A DNA stretch of 63,950 nt, counting the filler, from Octopus bimaculoides (taxonomy: Eukaryota), in assembly GCF_001194135.2 (NCBI RefSeq). It is 6 parts of 5 records of this genome, joined end to end, with 100 filler letters (N's around TTAATTAATTAA, not from the genome) between each part and the next. Parts side by side here need not be neighbours in the genome. Positions count along the whole stretch, not along the records: positions 35,419 to 43,679 come from NC_068994.1; positions 43,780 to 48,464 come from NC_069010.1; positions 48,565 to 56,204 come from NC_068988.1; 3 more parts are not named here. The stretch is one strand, 5' to 3'. A model generated the notes under the pieces. It was not told the origin of the DNA. It saw only the letters and a list, made by a program, of their open reading frames with translations, and ran no database searches. Each line of letters begins with the position of its first letter. Position 1 is the first letter of the stretch. The translations under genes were made by a program, and so were the position numbers. Shown one piece after another: positions 39,711 through 54,444 of this stretch.

Positions 39711-41360
39711 GGTGTGTGTGTGTGTGTGTGTGTGTGTGTGATAAATAGTGTATGTGTGTGTGATGTATAGTGGATAAATCTATCGCGTGTCCTGATATCA
39801 TGCGACCTAAGGTACCTCTGGTCGAATCTATTCTGTTGGAGTGGGTGGGGTGCAGATTTAGTAGATTGCTAGGTTTAATGCCATTACCTGATCTATAGAT
39901 GCTTTTTGTAGAGTCCATTCTTTGCTACATTTCCCTACACGAAAAACATGTGAGATTTTGGTATTTTATTTCCTTCTTCATAAATATGCACTTATTATTT
40001 TTTTTTTTGTCCTTTTACGTTTCCATTATTTTTTTTCTATTATTGTTACTTTATTTTACTTCCTTCAATAATTGGCTCATTTCATCTCTGTATCTGACAA
40101 CCACAACAACAGCAACAATAACAACAACAACACCAACAACACCAACAACAACAGCAACAACAACATTATAACAATAAATAACATATATTCCATACGTATT
40201 TCATTGACTTTATTGTGTTCTAATGTTATATGTATATAATTATTCACTGTTTTTTCATTTTTTATTTTCTTTGTGAATACGAACATATTTGTTATATATC
40301 AGTAATAATAAAAAAAAAATCATATCAACATTGGCAATAACATCTAGGCAAGAATATATCTCGACGTTAGATTTTTTTTCTTCCTCATATTTTTTTTTTA
40401 CAAATATAGTAAAAAATATTTCTGAATTTTTATTACCTAGAATTAGTTTCAAAAATAAAAAAAAAAATAAAAATGAAAAGAAAAGAAAACTAACATCAAA
40501 ATTACGATATGTTTTGTTTTGCTTTTTGTATTGTTTTAGTTCTGTTTTCTTTTGTGTTTGTCTTTTTTTTTTCTCTTTTTCTATCTAGATTTTTATTGAC
40601 TTATTTTGAATTAGTTGTGGTGACCATGTTGGGCAGATTTTTGTATAACACATGTTTTCTTTGATAAAGATGATAAAGGAATATAACTAAGTTTTGAAAG
40701 AAACATTGTGAAAAGAAAAACAACCGGAAATGAACAGAAAGAAAAGAGAAAGAAAAGTGGTGCCAAATTCTTTGACAAAATATATAACACATTCCTTGAT
40801 TATTTTTTTTTTCGTTAGTTCTTTATCGACAAAAAAAAAGATCTTATTATATATANNNNNNNNNNNNNNNNNNNNNNNNNNNNNNNNNNNNNNNNNNNNN
40901 NNNNNNNNNNNNNNNNNNNNNNNNNNNNNNNNNNNNNNNNNNNNNNNNNNNNNNNNNNNNNNNNNNNNNNNNNNNNNNNNNNNNNNNNNNNNNNNNNNNN
41001 NNNNNNNNNNNNNNNNNNNNNNNNNNNNNNNNNNNNNNNNNNNNNNNNNNNNNNNNNNNNNNNNNNNNNNNNNNNNNNNNNNNNNNNNNNNNNNNNNNNN
41101 NNNNNNNNNNNNNNNNNNNNNNNNNNNNNNNNNNNNNNNNNNNNNNNNNNNNNNNNNNNNNNNNNNNNNNNNNNNNNNNNNNNNNNNNNNNNNNNNNNNN
41201 NNNNNNNNNNNNNNNNNNNNNNNNNNNNNNNNNNNNNNNNNNNNNNNNNNNNNNNNNNATATATATATATATACATACATTTATGTAGAGGTATATATGT
41301 ATATGTTTATATACATATAATAGTAGATATATATATATGTATATATATACATACATACCT

Positions 41361-41410
<50 letters not shown>

Positions 41411-42288
41411 CTGGTTCACGATATTTCGATTCTAGCTCCGATGAATCTTATCTCCTTTCCCAAAAAGGAGACATTTTAATATTTGTGAATAAGATCAACA
41501 TTAAAAATACATTTTTAAACCAAAAAAAATGAAAACGCCAACCGAGACACCAAAAACAAGGAACACTGGAAAGAAGAGTGAAAGAAATTTAGAATGGAAT
41601 AAATGAAAGGAAAAAAAGGAAGAGAGAAAAACTCGAAAGAAACTCGAACGAAAAACCAGCGCCAGGTGGTTCTCCTGGTGAAACGCCTGATTCTGCAAGT
41701 TTAAAGATCACAAATACATTATTATTTCTTTGTATACATTTCAAGCGCGTTATAATAAATTATAAATTAACGAGACGATGTTCGATTATATTGGTGTAAA
41801 AGAATGCCTTTATTCATTAGCAGTTGTTATTGTTGTTGTTGGTGTTGTTGTTGTTGTTATCGTTTACACAAGTATGTTCAGTTCTTCAAGTGACACAACT
41901 CTAGATGATGGTTCAACATTGTGATAATGAAAGTGGAAAATGAACGGGAAGTTATTATTAACATGAAAAATGTCTTTCTGATTACAGAAAACTGTACAGA
42001 AAAAAAAAATGCTGCAACGAAAGAAAGAGAGGAGAGGGAGAGAGGGGGAGAGGTAGAGAATGAGAAGTAGTGAGAAGGAGTTAGCAGGGAGAAGAGAAAA
42101 AGAGAAAAGGTGGAGTGTGTGTGTGGTGAAAATGGAATGAATGAATAAGTTCAGTGTGCTTATATAAAGTCTATGAAAGTTCATGTACATTTTTAAAAAC
42201 CGACGCGACGCACGCAGACACATACGAAGAATCATACCGACATACATACACAACTACATATATACGTACATTACATATACACACACAC

Positions 42289-42331
<43 letters not shown>

Positions 42332-42488
42332 TGTTGACGCACATACAAATATGTGAGCGTGTGTGTGAGGAAATGTATATGCATGTATTCATGTACGCAT
42401 GCGTATATGAAGCAGTAATAGGAGACATTTGAAAATCTAACCATTTCCTTTTCAAAAGTTCGTTATTTAAAAAAAAAGAAAATGTGTA

Positions 42489-42519
<31 letters not shown>

Positions 42520-43489
42520 ATAATAGGTTCTCTACTTAATAAGTTCTTAATAATAATAACAACTTTAATCATAAGATTCATCATAATTATGCTCGTATTT
42601 ATATTCATAGAGGTAGGGATGTAGTTGCTTCAGTCGACCCCACGCCACTGTGAGGGCGCTGGTCACACTTTTATTCTGAACCAAACCGTTTACTAAAAAG
42701 AACTAAAAATTTCATTGCACAAACTAAACATATTCTCGCTCTTATTCATACGATATTTATATTCTATCATATATAAATATCAATACTATAGATATATAAT
42801 CTATTTTATGAAATGGTATTAAATGAGGAGAAAAAAAATAGTGTCTCTCATATGAAGTTAGATGACATAATCGTAGCCTGTATCGCAACTTATATCGTAA
42901 ACTATATCACAGCCTGTCAATAAGGTCGCTTTCAAATACTGAACTGCTAAAAGTAGTCTCTTTTCTCTCTGTTTTTTTTTTCTTTGGTTTTCTTTATTTT
43001 ATCTTTTTGTGAGACGCAAGAAAGCTATCATTTTCTTTTTTTTTTATTTATTAAGAAAAAAAATGAGAAAAAGAAAATTGAGAATTTGTAATATTCGTGC
43101 CTTGTTGAAGGGCATTAAAATGGATAACTCGCGCCACGCCCTCAATTCGGCTTGACCTCTTTTCCACTCGGTCTTTCTTCAGCTCTCGTTTCTAATTATG
43201 GTTTCTCCCCGTTAATTTTTTTCTCTTTCTTTTTTTTTTTAGTCAAGACCAAATAGTTTTCTTTAAAGAGTCGATATATTTATAGTGAAGTGAGATTTGC
43301 GATAATGAATCTCTAATAAAATTACCAACATAAATAAAATAGCCATATCCAAGGATTTTTTTTAAAATCGGTGAACGAGCAGCTTAACTTTTTTTTTTTT
43401 GTGCTACACCTTTCACTCCCATTATGATAATGGTAATGGAAGTGAGATTCCTGACGATGATGATGATGATGATGATGATGATGATAACT

Positions 43490-43679
43490 GTTTCTAATTT
43501 AGGCCCAAGGTCAAAACTTTTGAGGGGAGGGGGAGTGTACGATCGATTATACATCGACCTCAGCTCTTGACCAGTACTTCATTAATTATTTGTTTTTTCT
43601 TAATTCTATATTTTTTTCTCTATAGATCGCAAAAGGATGAGAAGGCAAAAGTCGAACCTGCGTGAAGACTTGAACACAG
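43490..43679 (-). mobile_element. SINE family A copy, truncated by a gap
   Basis: aggcccaagg..gaggggaggggg..cgattatacatcgacctcag..ccagtact..aaaggatgagaaggcaaaagtcga. Confidence 0.65.
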
Positions 43680-44229
43680 NNNNNNNNNNNNNNNNNNNNN
43701 NNNNNNNNNNNNNNNNNNNNNNNTTAATTAATTAANNNNNNNNNNNNNNNNNNNNNNNNNNNNNNNNNNNNNNNNNNNNCATGTCAATTGTTAGATGGAA
43801 ATTATGTTTCAAAAAGTAACCAATTATTTCAGAGAAATAGACCTTGGAGGGTGTGACTGTATTGGAGCAAATAATAAAGGTGCAGCAGTTATGACAGGGA
43901 GGGCAATTAGGGTTCCAGTTAAATCTTTAAGGTAAAAATCCTATTTCTTTCATTCATTTCATGATTTATGCAGATCTGAATGCAGTGTTACAAAACGCAG
44001 TAAAAAAAATTAAATTCATTAAAAGTCATGCATTTAATAGTTGCCACTTTCTTAGCAAAATGGAATCAAATTTCATCAAAGTTTTATTGGGAACAGAAGT
44101 GTGATTGCTTTCAATTGGATGAGCTTTGGATCAATTGTTAGAATTAGAAAAACCAAAATGAAGTCATAATATTCTTGTTGGGACAAAATTCAGATTTGTC
44201 TAATTTATTTCACATTATCAAAATTATCA

Positions 44230-44432
44230 AAGTCGGCGAGCTGGCAGAAATGTTAGCGGTATTTCGTCTGTCTTTATGTTCTGAGTTCAAATTCTGCCAA
44301 GGTTGACTTTTCCTTTCATCCCTTTGGGGTCGATAAATTAAGTATCAGTCGCATACTGGTGTCGAACTAATCGACTGGCCCCTTCCTTCCCCAAAATTTT
44401 GAGGCCTTGTGCCTATAGTAAAAAGGATTATC
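44230..44432 (+). mobile_element. SINE family A copy with possible 9-bp target-site duplication
   Basis: Family A motifs, with ATTATCAAA at 44223-44231 and 44427-44435. Confidence 0.85.
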
Positions 44433-45172
44433 AAAACTATTCTATTTGTCAGATATTTTTTTGGACAACTTAATGAACTTGGTATGTTTCAACAAGGAGA
44501 AAACACTGATAGGTTTTCATTTAAATCTAAGATTCAAGTTTATATTTTCAAAATGAAACATTTAGAAATGTGAAGTAGAAAATGCTGAATTTAGAATGTT
44601 CTCGTATAAAAATAATTATATTTTAAAAATGTATTAAATTTTGATTTGATCAAGTAAATAATAATTGATCATTTGGAATGTCTGGAAAATAATTTCTTGA
44701 AATAGACAAAAACTGATTGGATTGGATTGGATCTAAGACATGTGCAGGGTTGGATGAGATTGTGTAAATTCCTTACGGTGAGTTGAGTATAAGCGATGGA
44801 TATGCAAGAGGTGTGGAGATATCAGAGGGGGACTAAAAGAGTAAGTAATGTTTGTATGTGGAAGACATGCAGGAATAATAAACACTAAGCACATATGGGA
44901 AGCAGATTTTTGAAAGTAGCAGATTTAGCAAAATAAAAGTACCAAATTTTTATCAAAATGTACCAAAATTTTAATTTGTAATATTTCGCCAATAAATCAA
45001 CTGAAATTCATAATATATATTATTTATAATATACAGGGCTTTATTTTAAAGCGACCTACACATATTTACTGTACTTACTTTGTGATTAGAAGGTTGGACT
45101 GTCAATAAGGTGAGGTTCCTTATTGTACTAGTGTCCTTGACCTCTTAATTTAGCACAGAGCTCTGCATCAGA

Positions 45173-46939
45173 TTACCAAGCTGTGCAGTTTACATCATGA
45201 AGAAGACATTTTGAATGTAGTAGAGCATTGATTGTTTGGGTAAGCAGTTTAAACCTATTCTTGACTTTTATGTTATTCAGGACTGAAAACATTCTCTCAG
45301 CTGCAGCTGAAGAATGTGGTAATGGTAGGAACTGAAACATAAAGCATGATAAGACTGGATAACCAGCTTCATCTCCACATTTTTCCTTAGAAATTGTATA
45401 CCAATAATCTAGTTTGGTAGCTTCAGCCATGTCATTGTTATCTGGAGGTTTAAGTTCTCTCCATTCTTTATTAAGAGCTTCAATCTGATTCTCCTGTACA
45501 ATATTTGGAAATTTGCATGCCAGAGGAACAATTGAACTTGGACCATTGCAATCATGAATACTAACTGGGTCAAATGCCTCAAGAAGCTTCAGATTGCAAA
45601 AGAAACCATGTGCAAGGAAGTGGTGAAAAAATTCCTTCCCAAGGTGTACATAAAAAGTTAATGTTTTCACATGATGAAGCTTTCTTTATGTAGATGCCTT
45701 CAACTTTTGCTCCTCTGTAAATTTCAGTTATGAGAAGATACACTGATGGTTCATTGATGTTAATTTCATATACCTCTTTATTTTTCCCAATTTGTTTTTA
45801 ATGAAATTGCCAAGTATTCCCTTAACAATACATGTAATAGATTTGTGCAATTTGTGCATCCTATAGCTTTCTGATTGGAAGTTCAACTTGATAATATCTA
45901 GCAAGATATATGCTAAAAATGCATAATACATCTCTCTGATTGGATTTGTCAATGAGTTCAGCACATTTGAAGCTACACTGTTGTTATCTTCAATAAAAAC
46001 AGTCGTAAGGAATAACATTAGAGCAGGCCACTGGTCTAGTATTTCTTTGACAACTTGTTCTAAAGATAGCTACTTTGTACAACTTATATGTAATAATTGA
46101 TGAGGATTTGTTTGAATAAATGCCTGGAATTCTTCATATTCCTGTAGTCCCTTTGGGCTATTTGCGAGGAATGAATATATGCTTCTAGCAAGTTCTCCTA
46201 AATATGAAGGTAATTCTGAACATGTCTTTGATGCACAGATATGCATAGAGTGACAAGCACAACCCTGAATAAAGAGAGAGGGGACTTTGTTCTGCAGTGA
46301 TGCCTGCCCACCTCCCTTCTGTCCCATCATTACACTAGCATTGTCACTGGCAAATCCTATCAGAATTTCAAAAGGAATATCATCTAAGGTGAAGAACTTT
46401 TCAATAGAAGAAAAGATTCCAGAAGAATTAAATAACTATCAGTAATTTTTCGAGTGCTACAATTATAAAATCAAGCTAACAGAACACGCTGTTTTTTTTT
46501 TTTTGTAATTACATCAGTAATTTCATCAACAATTAAAGAAAACTTGCACTGTTTGAACTGTTTAATGAGGACCTAAAATATTTTTATTTATTTGAGTGGC
46601 TTCGGTTCTGACACATTTAATATCTTTAGTTATTTTGGAATCAGGACATGCATTCTGAATTGGTCCAGGTAAATGATCCATAAGTCTCACTGGTAAGTTA
46701 CGTTCTGCAATGAAAGAACAAAGCTTAAGCTCCGCAGTTGCTGCATTCGTAGTATGAACAGAAAAAGTTGTAAGCTGCAAAAAGTTACTCAGGCTTCCAC
46801 TTTTATTTTCTGAATTAACATTTTCAATATGTTTATCTGTTTTTCCGTGCCTCTCCAGATGAGTTACACTGCCTTCAATTTCACAACGACAACATTTACA
46901 GTATGCTCTTTCGATATTTGTTTTACTTGGTTCTAACAA
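45173..46939 (-). pseudogene. Frameshifted hAT transposase (ZNF862/BED-hAT-like)
   Basis: N-terminal zinc finger YCKCCRCEIEGSVTHLERHGKTDKH, SLIVDEITDV (D1), FASDNASVMMG (D2), GCACHSMHICAS (CxxH), and hATC dimerisation motif LPHSSAAAERMFS, in order across five broken frames. Confidence 0.9.
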
Positions 46940-47422
46940 TGATGGAAATTGCGAATCTAATAAAAGTTTGTTCGATTATTTTGTTTAATTCTTTTCTTTG
47001 GCAGAGTTAAATCTAAGTCAATTTCCTCACTGCGTTTATCTTTCATATTCTTGTTCATCATGAGAGTTATAAATCCCTCGTAATTGATAAAAACAGTAAG
47101 GAAGCACTTGTCACTAATGACTGTCATTAGAGGCAGCAAGCCGGCGATATTGGATGGTCCGTACGATACACACATTGAACATGTTCTATATCACCTTGCT
47201 ACCAATTAATTGCATCGTTATAAAATGTCATAAAATAATATATTTTGATATAAAATAGTTAGTCAAATAGTAATTTGATGTCCTTATTGTTACATTGTTC
47301 ACTTACATACGCTACAAACTTATTTTTTTACATAATGGGGAGAAAAATGAAAAGAATACCAAATTATTGCAGCGTAGTACCAAAAGAATTACGGCACACC
47401 AAAACTACCAAATTTGGTACTA

Positions 47423-47701
47423 TAGTACCATTTTCAGCAAGCCTGGTCCAATGTCCATCTAGGTGAGGACTACACACCACTCACAATAGTACCAGATTGG
47501 GCAATCCTGGTTCAATGTCGATCTAGGTGAGGACTACACTTCACTCACAATAGTACCAGATTGGGCAATCCTGGTTCAATGTCGATCTAGGTGAGGACTA
47601 CACTCCACTCACAATATTACCAGATTCGGCAAGCCTGGTCCAGTGTCCATCTAGGTGAGGACTACACTCCACTAACAATAGGACCAAATTCAGCAAGCCT
47701 G
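47423..47701 (+). repeat. 64-bp tandem repeat (4 full units + 23 bp) at the hAT element end
   Basis: Units start at 47423, 47487, 47551, 47615 and 47679: tagtacca.att..gcaa.cctggt.caatgtc.atctaggtgaggactacac..cactcacaa. Confidence 0.95.
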
Positions 47702-48254
47702 ACAGGAAGTAGATTTTCTGAAATGCCCTGGAGACTCCCTAGATGTAGGAGATAGCGAGAGAAAAAAAAGAAGGAAATGGGAAAAAGAGAGAAAAGGAAG
47801 GAAGAGAAAAGGATTCGGTTCCTTGCTATATCCCTGGAAAGAGCCTGGAGGGGTTGTCGAAGGATGTCTACGATTTCACCAGCCCCACTTTCTGGTCTTC
47901 TAATTTCCCCTATTATAATCCCATGGGTCAGTATGTATAGTGCGTGCGACACCAAGGCTAGGCTATGGACAAGGCTGACAATAACTACTTTGACTAAATT
48001 GTTCTCTCCCAACCATAGTCTGGTTGATATTTAACAAATTTTTTCAAATACTTTTATTTTATTTTCCGTTTATGCAAATTGTCAAATTTATCTCGAAAAC
48101 TCTGTACAAATGTTTATGAGTTAGGTTTGCGAGATTCCTGATGTGAAATCATGTGTTGAAACAGATATTGTTATATTTCGCAATGGTCATTTGTTTTTTT
48201 TTTTCTTTCTTGCCAAATAAACACACACATACACACTATATATTCGTTCTTCAA

Positions 48255-48398
48255 TTGTTTATCATTTACATTTGAGGGATATTCGTCCTCATCTTGTTTG
48301 TTGTTAACACAACGTTTCGGAGGATAAACCCTCCAGCCGTCATCAGGTGTCTTGGGGAAATTTCGAACCTGGGTTCTCATTCCTAAGGTATTTCTCGA

Positions 48399-48464
<66 letters not shown>
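48255..48464 (-). mobile_element. Penelope-type terminal repeat with hammerhead-like motif (48306-48352) and (ATT)n, head lost in a gap
   Basis: Closely similar to 56853-57000. On -: AAGACAC-CTGATGA-cggctggagggtttatcctcc-GAAAC-GTT-GTGTT. Confidence 0.75.
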
Positions 48465-48564
48465 NNNNNNNNNNNNNNNNNNNNNNNNNNNNNNNNNNNN
48501 NNNNNNNNTTAATTAATTAANNNNNNNNNNNNNNNNNNNNNNNNNNNNNNNNNNNNNNNNNNNN

Positions 48565-48631
<67 letters not shown>

Positions 48632-49351
48632 ATTTACATATACACCGACGCACAGGCACGCACACAGTGTTTTAATCCGGTGTGGGTGGAATTAGCCATA
48701 ATAGTTACCGAAATATTTATTTAGTTAACCTTAGGAATTAGTATAGGCAATTAGCATTATCTTAATAGTTCATAAATACACCGAAATAAGCAGACTGTTG
48801 ACTTACATTTAAATACTGAATGGCATCTATTAAATTCTTCAGTGAATAAAAATCATATCAATAGAAGTTTACGGAATACGTGTTGGCGTAAAAAAAAGAC
48901 AGAGACAGAGAGAGGCGTATAATGTGGTGACGATGGTGGTGGTAATGGTGATAGTTGGAAACAATCAACAGAAAAAGAGAGATAGAAAGAAAGAGGTTAG
49001 ACAGGAAAAAAACTGTACTGACTCCGCCCCCGAATGGGAAGACAAAAGTGTTGTTTATCATGAAGCTTTGCAACAAGTTTCAAGTCGACGTATTATATTA
49101 TTGTTTTGATAAAAATTGCTCATTGCTTGAAAAATATTGGCCGGATAGAGCGGCTTTTAAGGTGGTATATATATATTCCAAAATGGAGGTGGACATCTTT
49201 CTCCATCTAATCGGCTTGGAAAGTTGTTAAGACACTAGGATATTTTCCTACTTTTCTTAACATGAAACCAATGGTACCTTTAATTCACAAATAAAGAAAT
49301 TATATCCACCAATGCGGTATTGACCACTCATTTTCATCGTTTGACATTTGC

Positions 49352-49352
<1 letters not shown>

Positions 49353-49440
<88 letters not shown>
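49353..49440. repeat. (TA)n microsatellite
   Basis: Uninterrupted TA run. One of dozens of microsatellites in the window, including (TAA)n at 15006-15176, 16262-16400, 21023-21128, 28214-28296 and (CA)n at 32890-33060. Confidence 0.98.
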
Positions 49441-49444
<4 letters not shown>

Positions 49445-50105
49445 CATATGCATATATATTTGTATGCACGTGAGTGCATATGCACACACACACACACACA
49501 CATATATATATGCATATATGCATATATGCATATATGTGTGTACATTTATGTACATTTATATATTTATGTTTGTGCATACGTATAGGTATATGTATATACA
49601 TGTATTGCAAAATAATTTTGGTTTTATTTATTCACCATTACAAGTGTTTCATTTACTAACAGAAGTTAAAAAATTGTGCATGTAATGTAAATCATGTTAT
49701 CTCGTATTAGAAATTCTTCAGGCAAAGAATCCAATACATATAATATTTTCTAATAGAATTACTTGATTCTCTGTCCGAAGAATTTCTGATAGGAATTATC
49801 TTAATGTCTTACCTACATGTACAGTTTTCTAACTCCTATTAGCAAATGAAACACATGTAATGGAGAAGAAATAATATCAAAGTTGTTTTCCAATCTTCTT
49901 TTTTGATATGTAATTACTCTGCAAAAACTAGTTTCCAATATTTTTCAACTCTTATGCATGCTTCACACGATTATGACATTTGCATACAATTTTGAAGCAC
50001 TGGAAAATACAGATATGCTTCACTAGGGCACAGATTGGATTATAGCTCAATCTACGTAGTATATATAGAATATATATATATATATATATGAATATTATGC
50101 ATATT

Positions 50106-50140
<35 letters not shown>

Positions 50141-50159
50141 GTGTGNNNNNNNNNNTGTA

Positions 50160-50209
<50 letters not shown>

Positions 50210-50796
50210 AGCACAAATACAATTATATGTACATGTTTAGATCAATACAAATACTACTACAACTGACGAAAGTTATATGACTCCAGCAAGAAGTAATATT
50301 TGCAAATATATACGAAAAGGGGGAGAAAAAAGAAAACTGTGAGCTAGTATTAACAAGCGTCACTTCGAAACACTTAACGCTCAAAACCCAGTACACTAAC
50401 ACATTAATACTAATATATTGATGCGGACACATCTATCTACAATAAAAAAAAAGTGATTATAAAAGTAATTAAGTCATTATTGAACATCAAGTCCTGGAAG
50501 TCATATAAATGAATGTGTGCGAGTGTGTGTGTGTGTGTGCATGTGTGTGTATATTACTACGAGTAAATGTCCTTAATATAATAAATGTATTTAAAAGGGA
50601 ATAAATTAATTATATATTTTGTACAAATTTTTCCCTTAACTGGTTTTTCCCGCTGACTACTCGATAAATTCTTATCTAGATTTTATCCTTATATTTAATT
50701 NNNNNNNNNNNNNNNNNNNTAATATTCTAAAAGAATATATAACTGAACTTATATTGAGTGCTCAATTATTTTGAGCAAATAAATGTGTATATATGT

Positions 50797-51581
<785 letters not shown>

Positions 51582-52005
51582 GTATATACATATATATATA
51601 TTTATTTATATGTGTGTATGTATGTATGTAAGTATATATATATATGTATACACACACATGCACACACATATATACATGCTTCAAAGTCTGTTGACTCACA
51701 TAGTAGCATAAGGTAAGATAACTCATTCATATTCAAGCGGTAAGAAGAAGAATTCATATAGAAATGTACAAATATTTCATTTTATAGTAATAGAAACGTC
51801 TAAAACACTTTACCATGCTTATACTTATATGTGAACAAAATTGCTGATAAACTGATACACACACACACACAATAAGAAAATTACATATCTAAATGCATTT
51901 AGTAATAAATATGAAAATTATTCGCAAGGGGACATCAGTATATTTATATAGAAACATATATGAAACATTAAAAAGGATACTGCGATACAAATACTTTATA
52001 CTCAG

Positions 52006-53400
52006 CCTATTATGATAAAAGCGAAATTCTGTCCGTCCGTCCACGACACCTGTGTCGCCGACTAAATTCGCTCTACATTGACATATACCATTTTGGAATC
52101 AGGATGATCCCGGGATTGGAAATCTGCCCTTTATTTGGTTCTTGAACATCCAGCATTGGGATCAGGTTTGGATGAGGATTTGTTATATGCTAACAGTTGA
52201 AAATTCAAATTTTAAAAGAACTCCAAAAATTTTTGAATTTACAAGTTTTTCATGTAAAATGAATTTAAAGTAATACCAAAATTTTGTGAATTTAAAAACT
52301 TTTTGCAATGCAGCTAATTTAAAACTAAATCCAAATTAGAGAGAGTGGGGCTTCATGTTCGTGTGGTTTCGAAGTTCCTCGGAGTTTATGAATTGAAGAC
52401 CTCGGAAGGAAATATTCAACAACTCAAACTTTCAGCCTAAATCGGACTTTCGGCAAGATGGACCAGGACTTCCACCGGATCGAACTTTCGGTGGAGTCAG
52501 TTTATTCTGGGATTTGGATGCTGTAAGATTTGCAGCTCAGCTACTGGATCTGGGAAATGGAAGCATTCAGAAAGACAATAATGGAGACATCACTTTTCCA
52601 AATAGTTGTGGCATTTTGGTCAGAACTGTCGAAGAGCTGATTACTATGGTTTTCTCAAACACTGGACGTAATTTTCAAGAACATGATTGACTTTGTGAAA
52701 GAGCCATACTTGCACCAAAGAATGAAACTGTCCAGGCTGTCAATTGGAAACTTAAGCAATCAATCAATACTGAGGTATTGTGGACCCTACAATACAATAC
52801 TGTTGTGGACCCTAATGAGGCAGTGAATTATCCTAATGAGTTTCTTAATTCTTTGGAACCTCTTGGAAAAAAACCTGGATCCTCCAAAGCTGTTCAGTGA
52901 AACAAGACTGATTGTCAGGCAAATGCATCCATATCTTTTGGAAGAAACAATCCTCACTGAACAAGAAAATGGAGAAAATGTGTTTATTTCAAGAATTCCA
53001 CTGATTCCAGCAGACATGCCCTTTCAATTTAAGAGACTTTAATTTCCAGTAAGAGTTAGTTTTGCAATGTCAATTAACACGAATCAAGGGCAATCACTGA
53101 AAATTGTTGGACATCACCTCATGCAACAGTGCTTTTCTCATGGTCAGTTCTATGTTGGTTGTTCCAGAGATGGAAATGGCAAAATCTCTTCATACTCACA
53201 CCAAATGATAAAACCAAAAATGTTGTTCATCCTGCTGTTTTACAGTGTTCTCCAAATGTGACACTCTGTGATATAAATCTGAGATGGTAGCATACCAATA
53301 AATACTTTATTATTATTACTCTCTTTAGTTTTGGGCCGCAGGTTTAATCAGCCCTCCGCAGGATTTAACTTAAAAGTCCGCACTAAGTGCGGCTTTTAAT
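52006..53400 (+). mobile_element. Internally deleted Helitron with a degraded PIF1-type helicase C-terminus
   Basis: 5' ataaaagcgaaattctgtccgtccgtcc is Helitron-like. Helicase remnants CERAILAPKNETV..YPNEFLNSLEP, LDPPKL..TRLIV..VFISRIPLIP.DMPFQFKRL.FPVRVSFAMSIN..QGQSL..FSHGQFYVGCSR. 3' hairpin AAAAG-T-CCGCAC-TAA-GTGCGG-CTTTT at 53372-53397. Confidence 0.9.
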
Positions 53401-53877
53401 ATATTAATTAACATAGGCAGGATAAAAATTTAAAAAACAACCCCGGTGTTTATATAAACATATTGAAAGTTTTGTAAACCATATAGAATAGGGTAGAGGG
53501 ACAGAAACGGAATAGTATATTTTTTAACTCCCATATGTAACTTTACAATGATGTAGCATTAACTCTGATGAAGTTTCAAAATGAGTGGTGTGGTTACGCG
53601 AAACCTAAAATGATTATTAGTTGCTAATCACCGATTTGGGAGAACAAGTGGTTTGTAAATTATATTTGGTAATGTATGACCTTAGGCGAACTATTAAAAT
53701 TAAGTTGGCAGTTGGTTAGGTGCATTTAATGTTATAATTAATGCCAACAAAGTCCACATTGACCATTCGCACTTTTGAACTATTTAACTTCGTCTTAATC
53801 AGATTCCAGCGCATTTTGAAATTCACCAGCACTAATGTCTTCTCACATTCCAGTTATATTTTAAAAATTAATGTATA

Positions 53878-54270
53878 CTCTTTTACTCTTTTACTTGTTT
53901 CAGTCATTTGACTGCGGCCATGCTGGAGTACCGCCTTTATAGTCGAGAAAATCGACCCCAGAGCTTATTCTTTGTAAGCCTAGTACTTATTCTATCCTTT
54001 GACGAACCGCTAGGTTACGGGGAACGTAAACACACCAACATCGGTTGTCAAGCGATGCTGGACACACACACACACACACACAAACACATATAAATATACA
54101 TATACGACGGGCTTCTTTCAGTTTCCGTCTACCAAATCCACTCACAAGGCTTTGGTCGGCCCGAGGCTATAGTAGAAGACACTTGCCCGAGGTGCCACGC
54201 AATGGGACTGAACCTGTGACCATGTGGCTGGAAAGCAAGCTACTTACCACACAGCAACTCCTGCGCCTAT
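53878..54270 (-). mobile_element. SINE family B copy
   Basis: Full family B motif chain. Confidence 0.9.
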
Positions 54271-54444
54271 AATAATATAGCATATAACGTAATGCTGAAA
54301 ACGTTCTCTAAGACTAAATCGTTGAAAGTAAACAAGAGACCGAAAACCCACTACACTTTAGAGGCTTATGAAACAGTCTTTGTTAAAGATACCTTGATAA
54401 TGGATACTCGGAAAAGGTTACTACCGATTATGATAGGATTTTAA

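Noticed and set aside
41778-41924. Small ORF MFDYIGVKECLYSLAVVIVVVGVVVVV.. with a TM-like segment
   Set aside because: The hydrophobic stretch comes from a (GTT)n microsatellite.
47423-47701. CRISPR-like regular array
   Set aside because: The whole 64-bp unit is repeated with no unique spacers, there are no cas genes, and the context is eukaryotic.
49814-49918. Possible minus-strand exon (ttttgcAG ... GTAGGTAAG)
   Set aside because: Short pyrimidine tract, ambiguous donor, and no recognisable peptide.
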